In this document: piece after piece, positions 31,040 through 42,222 of the stretch
How positions within the stretch are numbered: the stretch's first letter is position 1
How the letters are laid out: every line of letters starts with the position of its first letter
Assembly: GCA_013416795.1 (NCBI GenBank)
Contig: RQSC01001165.1
Coordinates: 31,555-95,554, forward strand
Direction: 5' to 3'
DNA from: Prasinococcaceae sp. CCMP 1430
Lineage: Eukaryota > Plantae > Prasinodermophyta
Length of the DNA: 64,000 bases
Position numbers and translations under genes: made by a program
Notes under the pieces: generated by a model
Database searches by the model: none
What the model saw: only the letters and a program-made list of their open reading frames with translations
What the model was told of the DNA's origin: nothing

Positions 31040-33562
31040 ATGACGAGCGACGAGCGCTGCGAGGTGGGCGCCGCCGCCGCCGCCGAGGAGGAGGCGCTCG
31101 GCCTGCTGCGCGAGCTATCCGCGCAGGGCGCGCCCGAGTGGGCGCACGTGGCCGCGCGCGGTGGCGGTGGCGCCGGATTCCTCGTGACATCGGGCTGGTC
31201 GCAGCGCGCGCCCGCCGACGGCGGCAAGCGGGCGTTCGCGCGCACGTTTGACGTCGACGCGAGCGCCGATGCGTTCCCCGCATCCGCTCTCGAGACGACC
31301 TCCCCGTCCGCGGCCGAGCTGCCGTCATCGGGGGTGGAGCTGCGCAGCGTGTCGCCATCGGGGGCGCGCGTCTTCATCGTGCGCACTACCGCGGCAAACG
31401 GTGGCGGCGCCAAGGGCGCACGCGTCGCGCAGCTGTGGACGGCCGCGGGCCTGCAGTGGGAGGCGGCGGTGCCCGCCACGCTGCACGGTGCCGTGTGCGC
31501 GGGCGAACCGTTCGGTGGCGCAGACTGGTCGCCGTCGGAGGGCGCCGTTGCCTACGCTGCCGACGCCCCCCGGCGGGTGCGCGCCGCCGTCAGCGCCGCG
31601 GCACCGCTCGCCGCTGTGTCAACGGCGGACAAGAGCGAGGCGGACGGCGACAAAGCCTCGGTCACGGGGCGCACCTGGGAGCCCACCCAGGACTACGCCC
31701 CCGACTGGGGTGAGGCGCAGGGCGGCGCGCGGGAAGCCGCGCTCTTCGTTGTCGACTGCGCGAGCGGCGCACTCGCGCGCGTTGCAGTCCCCGACGCGCA
31801 AGAGCTCGAACCCTCCGCGGCGCATGCAGACGGCGAGCAGAGCGCCCCGAGCGCGGGGGTCTCGTGCGCCCAGCCCTGCTGGACGTGCGAGGCGGGCCTG
31901 GCGTTCACCGCCTGGCCGCACCCCGCCGGCCATCGGCCGGGGCTCGCGCACTGCCTGAACCGGCCCAGCGCGGTGTGCTGGGCGCCCTCGCCCCACGCGG
32001 CGGATGCCAGCGGCGAGGCCGCCACCGAGGGCGATGGTGAAGGTGGCCGCGGCGGGGCCTTGGTCGTCGCACAGCCGGGCGGCAGCGGTGCCTCGCCCGT
32101 GCTTGCGCCGGCGCCCGCCCCCGGCGAGGACGGGGGAGGCAGCAGGCTGTACTTCCTGAGCCATGCGCGTGCACTGGCGACGGGCGTGCACATGGCGCGC
32201 GCTGACGTATGCAGCGTGCCGTGGAGCGGCAGCGGCGCGGCCGCCGCGCGCGAGGCCGCCACAGCGACGCAGGACGTCCTCGACGTTCGTGCGGCCGATT
32301 CGGCGAAGGGGTGCCCTCCCGACGGTCTGTGGGTGACTCGTCTGCGGCGTGACATGTTCGCGCTGCGCGGCAGCCTGGTGGCCACCACGCAGTGGCGCGC
32401 CTCGCGCATCTGCGTGCGCGTCGACCTCGAAACGGGCGCGTGCGACGCGCTGCCTGACCCGGCCGCCGCGCTCGGCGGTGGCGCGCTGCTCGCCGACTCG
32501 CTGCTGAGCTCCGACGCAGAGGTATGCGCGTGCTCGGCGGACGTCCTGGCGGGCGCGGCGGCATCGGACGGCGCGGACGGCGCGATCTTTGTGGCGGCCG
32601 TGAGCTCGCCGGCGTCGCCTCCGCGACTCGCAGCGCTCCTCATGGACGGCAGCGCCGGCGGCGGTGCGGAGTGGGTGGCACTGAGCGAGCCGCAAAAGGC
32701 CACGCCAGCGCTCGCAGCTGCGGCCTCGGCGCGCTGGGGCGTCGTGCACACGCCGCCGCCCGACGGGTCGGCCGATGGCACCGACTGCGGCTCGGCGGTG
32801 CTTCTCGCCCCGCCTGCCGATGTGCGCGCGCGCGGCATAGTGCTGCTGCCGCACGGCGGCCCCCACACGGCCGCGCCCACCGCGTACATCATGAGCGCGG
32901 CCATGTTCACGCAGATGGGCTACGCGGTGGCCATGCCCAACTATCGCGGCAGCTTCGGCTACGGTGACGCCTTTCTCGAGGCGCTGCCTGGCCGTGTGGG
33001 TGCCGTGGATGTGCGCGACTGCATGGCGGCGCTGAGCGCGTGCGTGGCGGCGGCGGGCGCACAGGAGGTCCCAACGGTGGTCTGGGGCGGGTCGCACGGG
33101 GGATTTTTGGGTGCGCATCTGCTGGGGCAGCACCCGGAGGCCTTCGCTGCCGCCGCGCTGCGCAACGCCGTCACAAACATCGCGTCGATGGTCTTCAGCA
33201 GCGACATTCCCGACTGGTGCGCTACCGAGGCGCTCGGCTGCGAGCGCGGCGCCACCGCCGCGTGGCCGCCTACGCAGGACGAGCTGCGCACCATGTGGGA
33301 GGTGTCGCCCATACAGTATGCGGGCTCGGTGCGCGCGCCCATGCTTCTGCTCGTGGGCGACAGTGACCAGCGCGTGCCGCGCGAGCAGAGCCACCAGTAC
33401 CGCCGCGCGCTGCAGGCGGCCGGCCGCGGCGAGGCCGCGTGCGAGTGCGTCGAGTTCGCGGGCGAGGGCCACGCCCTGGGTGGCACGCGCACTGAGGCCG
33501 AGTGCCTCGCGCTCGCGGCCGCCTTCTTCGAGCGCGCGGGCGGCAGGGCGCCCGCCGAATGA
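31040..33562 (+). CDS. APEH: Acylamino-acid-releasing enzyme (S9C)
   Basis: VLLPHGGPH, PNYRGSFGYG, LPGRVGAVDV.DC, GGSHGGFL (Ser), SDIPDWC, GDSDQRVP (Asp), GEGH (His). Confidence 0.93.
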   Translation: MTSDERCEVGAAAAAEEEALGLLRELSAQGAPEWAHVAARGGGGAGFLVTSGWSQRAPADGGKRAFARTFDVDASADAFPASALETTSPSAAELPSSGVELRSVSPSGARVFIVRTTAANGGGAKGARVAQLWTAAGLQWEAAVPATLHGAVCAGEPFGGADWSPSEGAVAYAADAPRRVRAAVSAAAPLAAVSTADKSEADGDKASVTGRTWEPTQDYAPDWGEAQGGAREAALFVVDCASGALARVAVPDAQELEPSAAHADGEQSAPSAGVSCAQPCWTCEAGLAFTAWPHPAGHRPGLAHCLNRPSAVCWAPSPHAADASGEAATEGDGEGGRGGALVVAQPGGSGASPVLAPAPAPGEDGGGSRLYFLSHARALATGVHMARADVCSVPWSGSGAAAAREAATATQDVLDVRAADSAKGCPPDGLWVTRLRRDMFALRGSLVATTQWRASRICVRVDLETGACDALPDPAAALGGGALLADSLLSSDAEVCACSADVLAGAAASDGADGAIFVAAVSSPASPPRLAALLMDGSAGGGAEWVALSEPQKATPALAAAASARWGVVHTPPPDGSADGTDCGSAVLLAPPADVRARGIVLLPHGGPHTAAPTAYIMSAAMFTQMGYAVAMPNYRGSFGYGDAFLEALPGRVGAVDVRDCMAALSACVAAAGAQEVPTVVWGGSHGGFLGAHLLGQHPEAFAAAALRNAVTNIASMVFSSDIPDWCATEALGCERGATAAWPPTQDELRTMWEVSPIQYAGSVRAPMLLLVGDSDQRVPREQSHQYRRALQAAGRGEAACECVEFAGEGHALGGTRTEAECLALAAAFFERAGGRAPAE

Positions 33563-33665
33563 CGCCCCCTCTCTCCCCCCCCACCCCCCCCACACACCCT
33601 CCCGACCCTGCGAAAATTACGGAATAAATTCGCGCAATATCGGCGTAAGAAAAGGCGCGTAGGGC

Positions 33666-36479
33666 TCACGGCGGCGGCGAGCACGTCCCGGTACCCACGC
33701 ACGGCGGTGGCGGACTCGGCGGTGGCGAGGGGGGTAGCGGCGGTGGAGGTGGAGGAGACGGCGGTGGCGAGGGCGGCAGGCTCGGTGGCGGAGGGCTCGG
33801 AGGAGGGGGGCTCGGCGGCGCGCTCGGTGGCGGAGGGCTTGGCGGCGGCGGACTCGGTGGCGGAGGGCTTGGCGGCGGCGGACTCGGCGGCGGGCTCGGT
33901 GGCGGCGGGTTCGGCGGTGGCGGAGAAGGCGGAGGACTCGGCGGCGGTGGGCTCGGCGGCGGCGGGCTCGACGGTGGGTTTGGAGGGGGGCTCGGCGGCG
34001 GGCTCGGCGGCGGGCTTGGCGGGCTCGGCGGTGGCGGCGAGCACGTCCCGGCACCCACGCACGGCGGCGGCGGACTCGGCGGCGGCGAGGGGGGTAGCGG
34101 CGGTGGAGGTGGAGGAGACGGCGGTGGCGAGGGTGGCGGGTTCGGGGGCAGACTCGGAGGAGGGGGGCTCGGCGGCGGTGGGCTCAGCGGCGGGCTCGGC
34201 GGCGGGCTCGGTGGCGGCGGGCTCGGTGGTGGGGGGCTCGGCGGCGGGCTTGGTGGATTCGGAGTTGGAGGCGGCTCGGGGCTCCGAGGGGGGCTCGGCG
34301 ACGGGGGCGGCGGAGGGCTGGGTGGTGGAGGGTTCGGCGGCGGCGGCGGGGAAGGCGGTTTCGAGGGCGGTGGCGGAGAAGAGGTGAACGGGAATGCCGC
34401 CGGGGTACGGTCGGGAGGCGGCGAACGCGGGCGCGGTGGTGGAGGCGGTGGTGGTGGCGAGCAGGTGCCAGCCTCGATGCATGCGGTCTCAACAATCTCG
34501 CGGATTGCCTGAGTAAGCGCAGCTGCGAAGCGGGCGGTGTCATCTACGTCACTGGCGCCGTCGTCGCCTTCGACATCGATGAGTGCCAGCGCGGCGTCCT
34601 CGGCCCACGGCATGCGATCGTCCTGCCGCACCTCGTACTGCATCGACGCGTCGCCGATAAGCTTGATCAGCGCACCTGCCTTTTCAGCCACGCGCTCGCT
34701 GACCCCCTCGGGATCGCTAAGAATCTCCAGGGCGCGCAAGGCCTGCTCCTTCATGGCCTCTTCCTCCTCGGTATCGAAAAGGACCGTGAACTCTACCACT
34801 ATCTCCGTGTCAGAGATGACATCCGTGACCTCTGACTCGACGTCGTCGCAGGGAGCACCGGCAATGTCGGCGACCTCACACTCGAGATCGCGTTGCTTTT
34901 CGCGGAAATCGTCGAGCCCGATGCCGTCGAAGGCGACGCCCCTCACGATGGCCACGAAGAGGTCGAGTTTCGGTCCTCTGGGGGCAACCGGAGGATGGGG
35001 GGCAGCGAGCGGACTTGGCGAGGGAGTAAGGCTGACCTGAACGCTGATGGCGCCATTGACAGCGGCGGGCCCGTCGCTGTTGATGGGCGGCGACGGCGGG
35101 GGTGGCCTGCCTAGAATGGATTGACGGATCTCTCCAATGTCCGAATAGATGAAGTCCCGCTCGGAGATTTCTACCACGAACGCACCCTTGTCTGGTGGCG
35201 GGGGCGGAGAGGGCGGAGGCGCTGGGGGCACAGACGGCAGCACGAGGAGAGGGTTGCCGCCGCCGCCGCCGCCGTACACCACCGCCGTCGCCGCCACAGT
35301 AGCGATAACAAGTAGGCTCGTTAGGGGAGCTGCGAGCCGCCGGGGCATGGGGCCGCACGCTTTGGGCTGATGCAGCCCCGGACAGCGCTTTCGTCGGCTG
35401 CTGTCGTCGGCCGCATTCGCCGCGCCACTGCCGTGTTGCACCGTGACTTCCACGCTGACCTTCACCATATCCACGCTTGCAGCTGGAGGTGCCACTGGCA
35501 CGGCCAGCTCGTTGGTCTCAATTGCACTGAGGGCGCCCCAGTGGGGCCAGGGTACCCGAACCCCGACGCCCGCTCCCTCAAGCTGCAGCAGCGCCTCGAT
35601 CACGCGGGTCGTCGGGACTTTCCACGCCTCCGCTATCTGCGAGATCGCGACGACAAACCCATCCCAGTCGAGGCGTCGCGACGGGCCATTTCCGCGCGGC
35701 GTCCATGGTGACTGGGACCCGTCGCCGGAAGTCATCGCGAGGGCGCCGGCGCTTCCCAGCGCGGATTTACGGCATCGCGCGTGAATGATGGCGAGTCCGT
35801 CGGGGGTGGGCGGCGCGAAGTCGCTGCTCTCGCCGTCACAAACGAGGCCTGCTTGTGCGCAGAGACCAACGAGCTGCTCCGCGCTGAGGGTGCACGCCTT
35901 GCCCGTCGTCGCGCTCTTGCCCCCAGCAGCCAGCGGCCTGGAGTCGGCGGGTCGCGTCCCAGAGACGTCGCTGCCGGCCGCCGCCGCGGCGTCGAAGATC
36001 GCCCTGAGTCGGCTGTGGCCCACGCACGGGCTAGGCGGCGCCGCAGTGGGAGGGCCGGCACGAGCGCTCTCAGCGTTCGTCTCAGGCTCGGACGACCCGC
36101 GGTGAGAGAGCGCTGCGAAGGAGGCGACTGACTCCACCAGCTCCTCGAAGCCTTCGAGCGATAGGGCGGTCTCATTGCGTTGCTGCGGACACGCCTCGGC
36201 GCGCTTCGACACCTCTGCGCGGAGGCAGGAGCCGAGCGAGGAGCAGTCAGCGCCGGCGAGCATGCCAAGGTCTCCCACCGCGAAGGCCGCGTCAGCGGTG
36301 CTGAGGAGCCCATCGCTCGCGAAGCGCTCGAACACCTGCGTCACAGGCGACGGACGCGGCGGGTCGCTGTCCCCCGTCCGAAGCTCCTCGTGCTCGGCGC
36401 CAGTGGCCTCGGCCGCGTCGGCGCCGAACGTGGAGGCGACCCTGGAGGCGAGCCCCTGGAGGAGGTTGCCGGAGGTCAT
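33666..36479 (-). CDS. p25alpha/TPPP-like domain(s) + single TM helix + SEA-like domain + extensin-like Ser-Pro repeats; 3' end possibly incomplete
   Basis: One ORF from accgcgATG; IFDA...LVGLCAQAGL...LAIIHARC...LDWDGFVVAISQIA; hydrophobic LTSLLVIATVAATAVVYG after basic residues; SPPPP repeats. Confidence 0.75.
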   Translation of the reverse strand: MTSGNLLQGLASRVASTFGADAAEATGAEHEELRTGDSDPPRPSPVTQVFERFASDGLLSTADAAFAVGDLGMLAGADCSSLGSCLRAEVSKRAEACPQQRNETALSLEGFEELVESVASFAALSHRGSSEPETNAESARAGPPTAAPPSPCVGHSRLRAIFDAAAAAGSDVSGTRPADSRPLAAGGKSATTGKACTLSAEQLVGLCAQAGLVCDGESSDFAPPTPDGLAIIHARCRKSALGSAGALAMTSGDGSQSPWTPRGNGPSRRLDWDGFVVAISQIAEAWKVPTTRVIEALLQLEGAGVGVRVPWPHWGALSAIETNELAVPVAPPAASVDMVKVSVEVTVQHGSGAANAADDSSRRKRCPGLHQPKACGPMPRRLAAPLTSLLVIATVAATAVVYGGGGGGNPLLVLPSVPPAPPPSPPPPPDKGAFVVEISERDFIYSDIGEIRQSILGRPPPPSPPINSDGPAAVNGAISVQVSLTPSPSPLAAPHPPVAPRGPKLDLFVAIVRGVAFDGIGLDDFREKQRDLECEVADIAGAPCDDVESEVTDVISDTEIVVEFTVLFDTEEEEAMKEQALRALEILSDPEGVSERVAEKAGALIKLIGDASMQYEVRQDDRMPWAEDAALALIDVEGDDGASDVDDTARFAAALTQAIREIVETACIEAGTCSPPPPPPPPRPRSPPPDRTPAAFPFTSSPPPPSKPPSPPPPPNPPPPSPPPPPSPSPPRSPEPPPTPNPPSPPPSPPPPSPPPPSPPPSPPLSPPPPSPPPPSLPPNPPPSPPPSPPPPPPLPPSPPPSPPPPCVGAGTCSPPPPSPPSPPPSPPPSPPPNPPSSPPPPSPPPPSPPPSPPPPNPPPPSPPPSPPPPSPPPPSPPPPSPPPPSAPPSPPPPSPPPPSLPPSPPPSPPPPPPLPPSPPPSPPPPCVGTGTCSPPP
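33672..34470 (-). repeat. Coding 360-bp duplication of a Pro-rich unit bounded by CxGxGTCSPPP motifs
   Basis: Motif anchors at 33679, 34039 (period 360) and 34459. Confidence 0.85.
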
Positions 36480-36559
36480 CGCGGTGCGCGCGGGGGCGGC
36501 AGCCGTGGCGCCGCCGCCGCCCGGCCACCGCCAGGGCCCGAGGCGCCGGGCGGCGCCGA

Positions 36560-37699
36560 GGCGGGCCGTTGCGCGCGCCCTGCGCAACTGGGACTGGCCC
36601 GAGGCGCTGCTCTTCGACTGCGACGGCGTGCTGTGCGACACTGAGCGCGATGGCCACCGCGTAATGTTCAACAAGGCGTTCGTAGAGATGGGCATCACCA
36701 CCGACACGGAGCTCTGGAGCGTCGAGGAGTACGGCGAGCTCCTGGTGCGTGCCCGCGCGCCGCGCGGCGGCCGGGGTGTCGCGCACCCTTGCCAGCGCCC
36801 GTCCACGTGAGCCCTCGTGCCTTCGCGCTCGCCGGTGCTCGCGTGCTACGGGCACATGCGCGCCTCCGGACAAAAGGCTGACACCTTGCACGTATATGCC
36901 GCGCGCGAGCGCAGCGCATTGGCGGCGGCAAGGAACGCATGACGCACTACTTCACCAACAAGGCTCCCGACACGCCCGCGTGGGCGTCCAAGACGGACGA
37001 GGAGCGAGTCGAAATGATCAAGGACCTGCACAAGCTCAAGACGGCCATGTTCCTCGAGGCTGTCGAAGCGGGTGAGCTCGCTCTGCGCCCAGGCGTGCGC
37101 CGCCTCGTCGCTGAGGCATTCGAAGCCGGGGTGAAGGTGGCAGTGTGCTCCACGTCCAACGAGAAGGCCGTGGCCGGCATCGTGCGGTTACTGGGCCCCG
37201 ACTACGCCGACAACATCCCGATCTTCGCGGGTGACGTCGTGCCGCGCAAGAAGCCCGACCCCGCAGTGTACACCCTTGCCGCAGAGACGCTAGACGTGTC
37301 TCCTGCTCGCTGCGTCGTCGTCGAGGACTCAAACATCGGTGCGTGTGTGCGCGCGTGTGAGGAGTGCACACCCGTGGCTGAGCTCGCGAGCGATGGTGGA
37401 CGTCTGCATGGCGCGCGCGAACCGCGCTGTAGGCTGCTGACCCCAAACGCGTGTGTCACACGTTCACACTCGCGCTTACGCACGTGCGCAATCCCATCGA
37501 CCCCCCCTCCCCTTGCGCCCGCGCAGGCCTGCGCGCAGCAAAGGCCGCCGGCATGCGCTGCGTGGTGACCGAGAGCGGCTACACTGCAGGCGAGGATTTC
37601 GCGCTGGCGGACGCCATCTTCCCCGAGATCGGAGACGAGGGCTCGGAGCAGTTCTCCCTGCAGGAGCTGTGCGTTGATTACTTCCCCGTAGACGCGTAG
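36560..37699 (+). CDS. cbbY: CbbY-type HAD phosphatase (xylulose-1,5-bisphosphate phosphatase-like); exons <36560-36744, 36915-37338, 37527-37699; start codon absent
   Basis: ALLFDCDGVL.DTERDGHR..FN.AF, IGGGKERM, LRPGV, VAVCSTSNEKAV, KKPDPA.Y, VVVEDS.IGL.AAKAAGM. Confidence 0.93.
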
Positions 37700-37819
37700 G
37701 ACGCCGTGGCGCGCATGTGTGCGTTCGTACGCGCGATGCACCCGCGCGCACCCCAAACCTGTACACATAAGTGCCCGGCTCTCTCATCTCACGCTCCGCG
37801 CGAAACGGGCGCATTCGCA

Positions 37820-38055
37820 ATGCTGACGTGCGCACGCTCTCGATCTGCTCGCGCGCTTGAGCACGCCCCAGCACCACGCCAGGAGCATATTGGCTGAATC
37901 CGCCCCTCCCTATTGACGAGGAGGGCAACTGGTACGAGGGCGCCGGTGAGGACGACGCCGAGGGACAAACGGACAGCTATGGCGACGATGGCATGACTGC
38001 CGCCGAGCGCGCTATCCTCGAAGATATGGATGGCCCGCGCCGTCCCTCGAGATGA
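37820..38055 (+). CDS. Possible small acidic protein (~63 aa) with a 44-nt intron 37828-37871
   Basis: ATG CTG AC|GTGCGC...CAG|C gives a frame reading AYWLNPPLPIDEEGNWYEG...; speculative. Confidence 0.3.
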
Positions 38056-38185
38056 CACGCGCTCACGCAGAAGGACGCGGGCGCCGTCTTTGCGCGGTGG
38101 ACGCAGGCATACCCTATCTTAATGAATCAGCCCTCCGCTGGTGTGCGTGGCTGCTGTTGTGTAAAGGGTAGCGTGCCCCTCGCGT

Positions 38186-41100
38186 TCACTGTCCACCTCT
38201 ACCAGCGAGTTTCTCGAGGCCCGTGCGCGCCTCGTCGCTCACGCTGCCAACCACTGCCTGAAGCTGTGCTGCATAATGCGACGACAGGTGCGCGACACAT
38301 CGCGACATCCGTGACATGGCGACGGCAGGTGTTCGATCGTTGAGCGCCGCCACGCCCATCGCAGCGAGGATCGCGCCCGCATGCGGAGCGACGGCCGCGT
38401 GTGCGCTCTCGAGCAGCTCGCATAGGAAGTCGTACACAGGCAGACTCTCCTCGACGTCATCCTCCAATGGGAGAAAGGGTACCACACCGGCCACCGCCTG
38501 AGCGGCGGGCAGCTGCTCCGGGTGGGATTTTGCAAGCGAGCACACAGCTGAGATGACGTTGTCACGCGCGCTGCCGTGCTCCTGCGGGTTGAGTAGCGGG
38601 CCTAGACCTTCGAGCACCTGTGCGACGGCGTCCGGCGGGAACTGGACCGGCCCGAGCGCACAGAGTACGCGGACGCAAAACGCGGCGTTTCGATGGTTCT
38701 GTGGGTCGTCGCAGCGCAGCTCCGAAAGCAGCACGCCCGACAGGGCCTTCGCGTAGGGCGCGAGCAGTGCCGGCACGTACTCGCCGATCTCTGCGAGGGC
38801 GGCGACCACCATAGTCCTGTCTTCTGCTGGCCGCGTAGCACGCGTGTAGCTCCACAGCACTTCCGCTTGTGCCGCCAAATATGGTGCGAAGGCATCACGC
38901 ATCACGTAGGCCATGGCGGGCAGCACGTCAACTGCGGCATCGAGGACGCGCCCGGCATGCACGGCGTCGCCGTCTTCGTCCTCGTCCTCGTCCTCGTAAT
39001 CGCTCTCGTCATGTTCGAAGCACGGATGCTTGCGCGCCGCAATGGTGCCCACCAGCACAGACACACGCTCAGCCCACTTGGCGAATGCCGCCCCTCCCAT
39101 CATGCGCGTGATGCAGGCTATGGAGCTGCATGCCGTGGCCACCACGTCTCGGTCATCGTCGGTTGACGCCACCTGGTGCAAAGCATGCATGAGTGTGTTC
39201 ACCACCTTGGTGGCCTCAGCGCTCAGCACGACCGCAGACTCTTGCTCGCTCAGGCGGCGCGCATCGGTCGACGCGCGCGCCTTCTCGTCTGAGGGCGCAT
39301 CTGGCACGCCGGGTGCGGGTTTCGCTAGGCGCGCACACGCGCAGAGCCCCGAGGCAGCGTCGCACGCTGCGTCGCGCACGTCTTCGTGGAAGTACTCCAT
39401 GAGCCCTTCCACGGCAGCCATCGACTGTTCCAGGAAGGGAGCGAATGCCACACCGCACTGCTCGGCGAGCACACTCAGCGCCTGCACTGCCGCTTCTTTT
39501 TCCTCGAGCATGGCCGTGTGTATGCGGATCGACCCACCGCCGCCCAGATTGAAGCCTCCCTCGTCATCGGAGTCATCGAACGCCGCGGCGGCGCCCGCAA
39601 TTCCCCCCGCACCGACGCCGTCGCTGTCGTCGCCCTGGATGAACATCTTCTCGAAGTCATCCTCCTCAACAGACTTGAGCACGTGCGGAACGATGCGGGG
39701 CAGCAGGGAGGCCATGTCCGCCTTGCCGAGCGTACTCACGTTGCACCAGAATCTGTGTGTGTGCTCGCGCAGCTCCGGGACGTCCGATTCGTAGTTGGCC
39801 AGTGCGAGCTCCACGAATGTGGGAATGAATGGCGTGCCCTCCTCCAGGCCGATGGAGGCAAGCACCATGCCCGCGCACTCGGTGGCGCGCCCCCGGCGCG
39901 ATATCTCCTCCTCGGTAGACGCGGGCGCGCGCATGCACGCGGCCATCATTTCAAGCAGTGGCGGGGCGTGCGGCGCAAAGCTCTCGTCGGCAGTAGCCGC
40001 GGCCGAGGTGATGCACGACAGCGCCACCTCGTGCATGTGCACACGGTCCGAGCGCAGGATGGCCACCATGGTTTCAATTATGCTCGACACGTACGGCACG
40101 ATCTCCTCGCCGCGATCATTGTCACTCAGCTGTTCGCAGAAGGTGCTCAGCACGAAGCACGCGCGCTCCACCACGTGGCCCTCTGTGTCGCGCAGCAGCT
40201 CGAAAATGCGTGGGAGAAGCTGCTCGTACGTCTCGACGATTTCGGGCTGAAGATGCTCGGCGTAGGCGGCCAGCGCCACGGCAGCCGCGCCGCGGACGCG
40301 CCTGCAATTGCGGCCGGGCGGGGGCAATGTGAGGTGTGAGGGTGTGAGTAAGAGGCCAAGCACGCTGCACCGCACGCACTGCTGCGGGTTGGCAAGCCTG
40401 CGCGCACAAAAATCCAAAAGCGCATGCACTCGCGCACCTGTGAGCGTCGCCGAGGCCTGCGACGATCGGTGCAAGGTACTCATTGAGGCGCCTGCGCATC
40501 TCCTCAGAGCAGCCGCAAGCTGCAACGCCCAAGACGTCCATTGCAGCAGCACGCGCGTTGTGATCTGTCGATGCGTGCGCCTGCGAGGCGTACGCTAGCA
40601 CGGCGGGCAGAATGTGCTTGCTCGCAATTTGTTCGGCGAAGGCATCAAGCGCGGCCATCGCGTGCTTGCGCAGGGGCACCTCGGTACTGTCTTCCTCGCC
40701 GTCGTCGTCATCGCCAGCAACCGCGCAAAGAGGGCAGATGGCGGCCACTAGCGCTGGTGCGAGCGGGGTCTTGCCTTTGGAGAGGGCGCGCGGCTTGCGA
40801 CGTGCGGCACCCTCGATGAGCTCCACCGCGCGCTTGCGCGCGGGTGTCTCGGCTGCCCCATTGCACGCAGTCTCCGCAGCGAGGCGCAGCAGCCCCGGCA
40901 GGAGCGCGTTGCCCTTGCCGAGCACGTTCCCAGGCGCGGTCACGAAATCCTCGAGGAGGTCCAGCGCGCGTACCGCGGTCTCCGTGTCGCCACCAGCGAC
41001 GGCAGCCTGCGCGACCGCAGCCACCGGCTCCACCAGCGGCGTTGCGGGGGACGCCTCGCCCTTGGCCCCTTTCGTGCCGTCCAGAGCGGGGGACGTGAAG

Positions 41101-41684
41101 AGCATGGCGGCCGTCGCGCGCAGCGCGGTCGCGCGCACGCGGGCGGAATCGTCGCGCATCGCCTTCACCAGAAGTCCCTGCAGCGAGGCTGTCTCAGCCG
41201 CGAAGAAGTCGCCCCCGAGGTCCTCTAGCAAGCCACCGAGAATGACGCAAGCGGCTTCGCGCACGCCCTCAGCAGGTGCCTCAGCAGCCTGTGCCAGGAA
41301 GGCTGGCAGCTCAGCCCATTCGCCTTTCGGCAGAGCCACGCATCCAACGGCCGCCGTGGCCTCTGCCACCGCTCGCCGAACGATGCCCTCAGGCTCGGCA
41401 CTCACAGCCTCGAGCAGCGCCTGCTTCACGCTCGCCTTGGTGGCGGCGTCGAGCTTGGCCCAGTGCGAGCGCAGCCTGCGGCGGCAGAGCACCGCAGCAA
41501 GCTGCCGCACGGCGGGCTCAGCGTGCGTCCTAGCGAGCGCGACCAGCGCGGGGGCGGCAGCGGGCTGCTTAAGTGCGACTTTCAACCGCGCCTCAGCCGC
41601 GCGGCGCGCCTCGTTGTCCGCGACGAAGAGCGACGGCAGCAGCGCCGCGAGCTCGGCGTGCGCCGCGTCCGCCGGCGCCGCCAT
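38186..41684 (-). CDS. IPO4: Importin-4 / Kap123-type importin beta; exons 41684-40438, 40301-38186
   Basis: IBN_N start (DNEARRAAEARL...VRQLAAV..RR), HEAT repeats, RVRGAA..AL..YAEHLQP, IRIHTAMLEEKEAA, YFHEDVR, ARDNV..AV, LPLEDD.EE. Confidence 0.93.
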
Positions 41685-42222
41685 CGCCTCACCCCGGTCC
41701 GCGCGCAGCGCCGGCGGCTCGCGCGCGCGCGCGCCGCGGGACGATCCACGCGAGTAGAAACGTCGACCGTCTGGCCCGTGCGGCGCGTGTGACACCGGCT
41801 CGTCCCTCCTCCCTCTCGCCTCGCCCCGGCGAGCGTGCGCGCCCGCGCCCGTGCGAGTGCGCGCAGCCGCCGCCAGCCGCCGCCACGCGTGCGCGTTATC
41901 GAGTTGTCGCGCCCGGAGACGCGAGAAGAACGGCGGTTTGGATTTGGGACCGACTTTGACGCTCGCTCTGCGTTTCATGAAAGATAATGCATCACATAAC
42001 ATATGCGTCGACTGCGCGGACGCTCAATTTCGCCGGGCGCAAAAGTTGCGGCAGCAGGCATCCGCGCCGGCGGCGGCTGCTGCTGCGGCGCGTGTCGGCG
42101 CGCCACACCGCGTGCGCGCGGCGGGTGGGTGCGGCGCGGCGCGGTCGGGCGCAGGGCCGGCCGAACCTTGCGCGGCCCTCACCCGCTTCAGCACCCTCCC
42201 TCCCCCTTCCAGACGTCGCGCG

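Noticed and set aside
17925-33562. S9 peptidase cluster (PREP + APEH)
   Set aside because: Different subfamilies, opposite strands and separated by unrelated genes; no sign of a functional cluster
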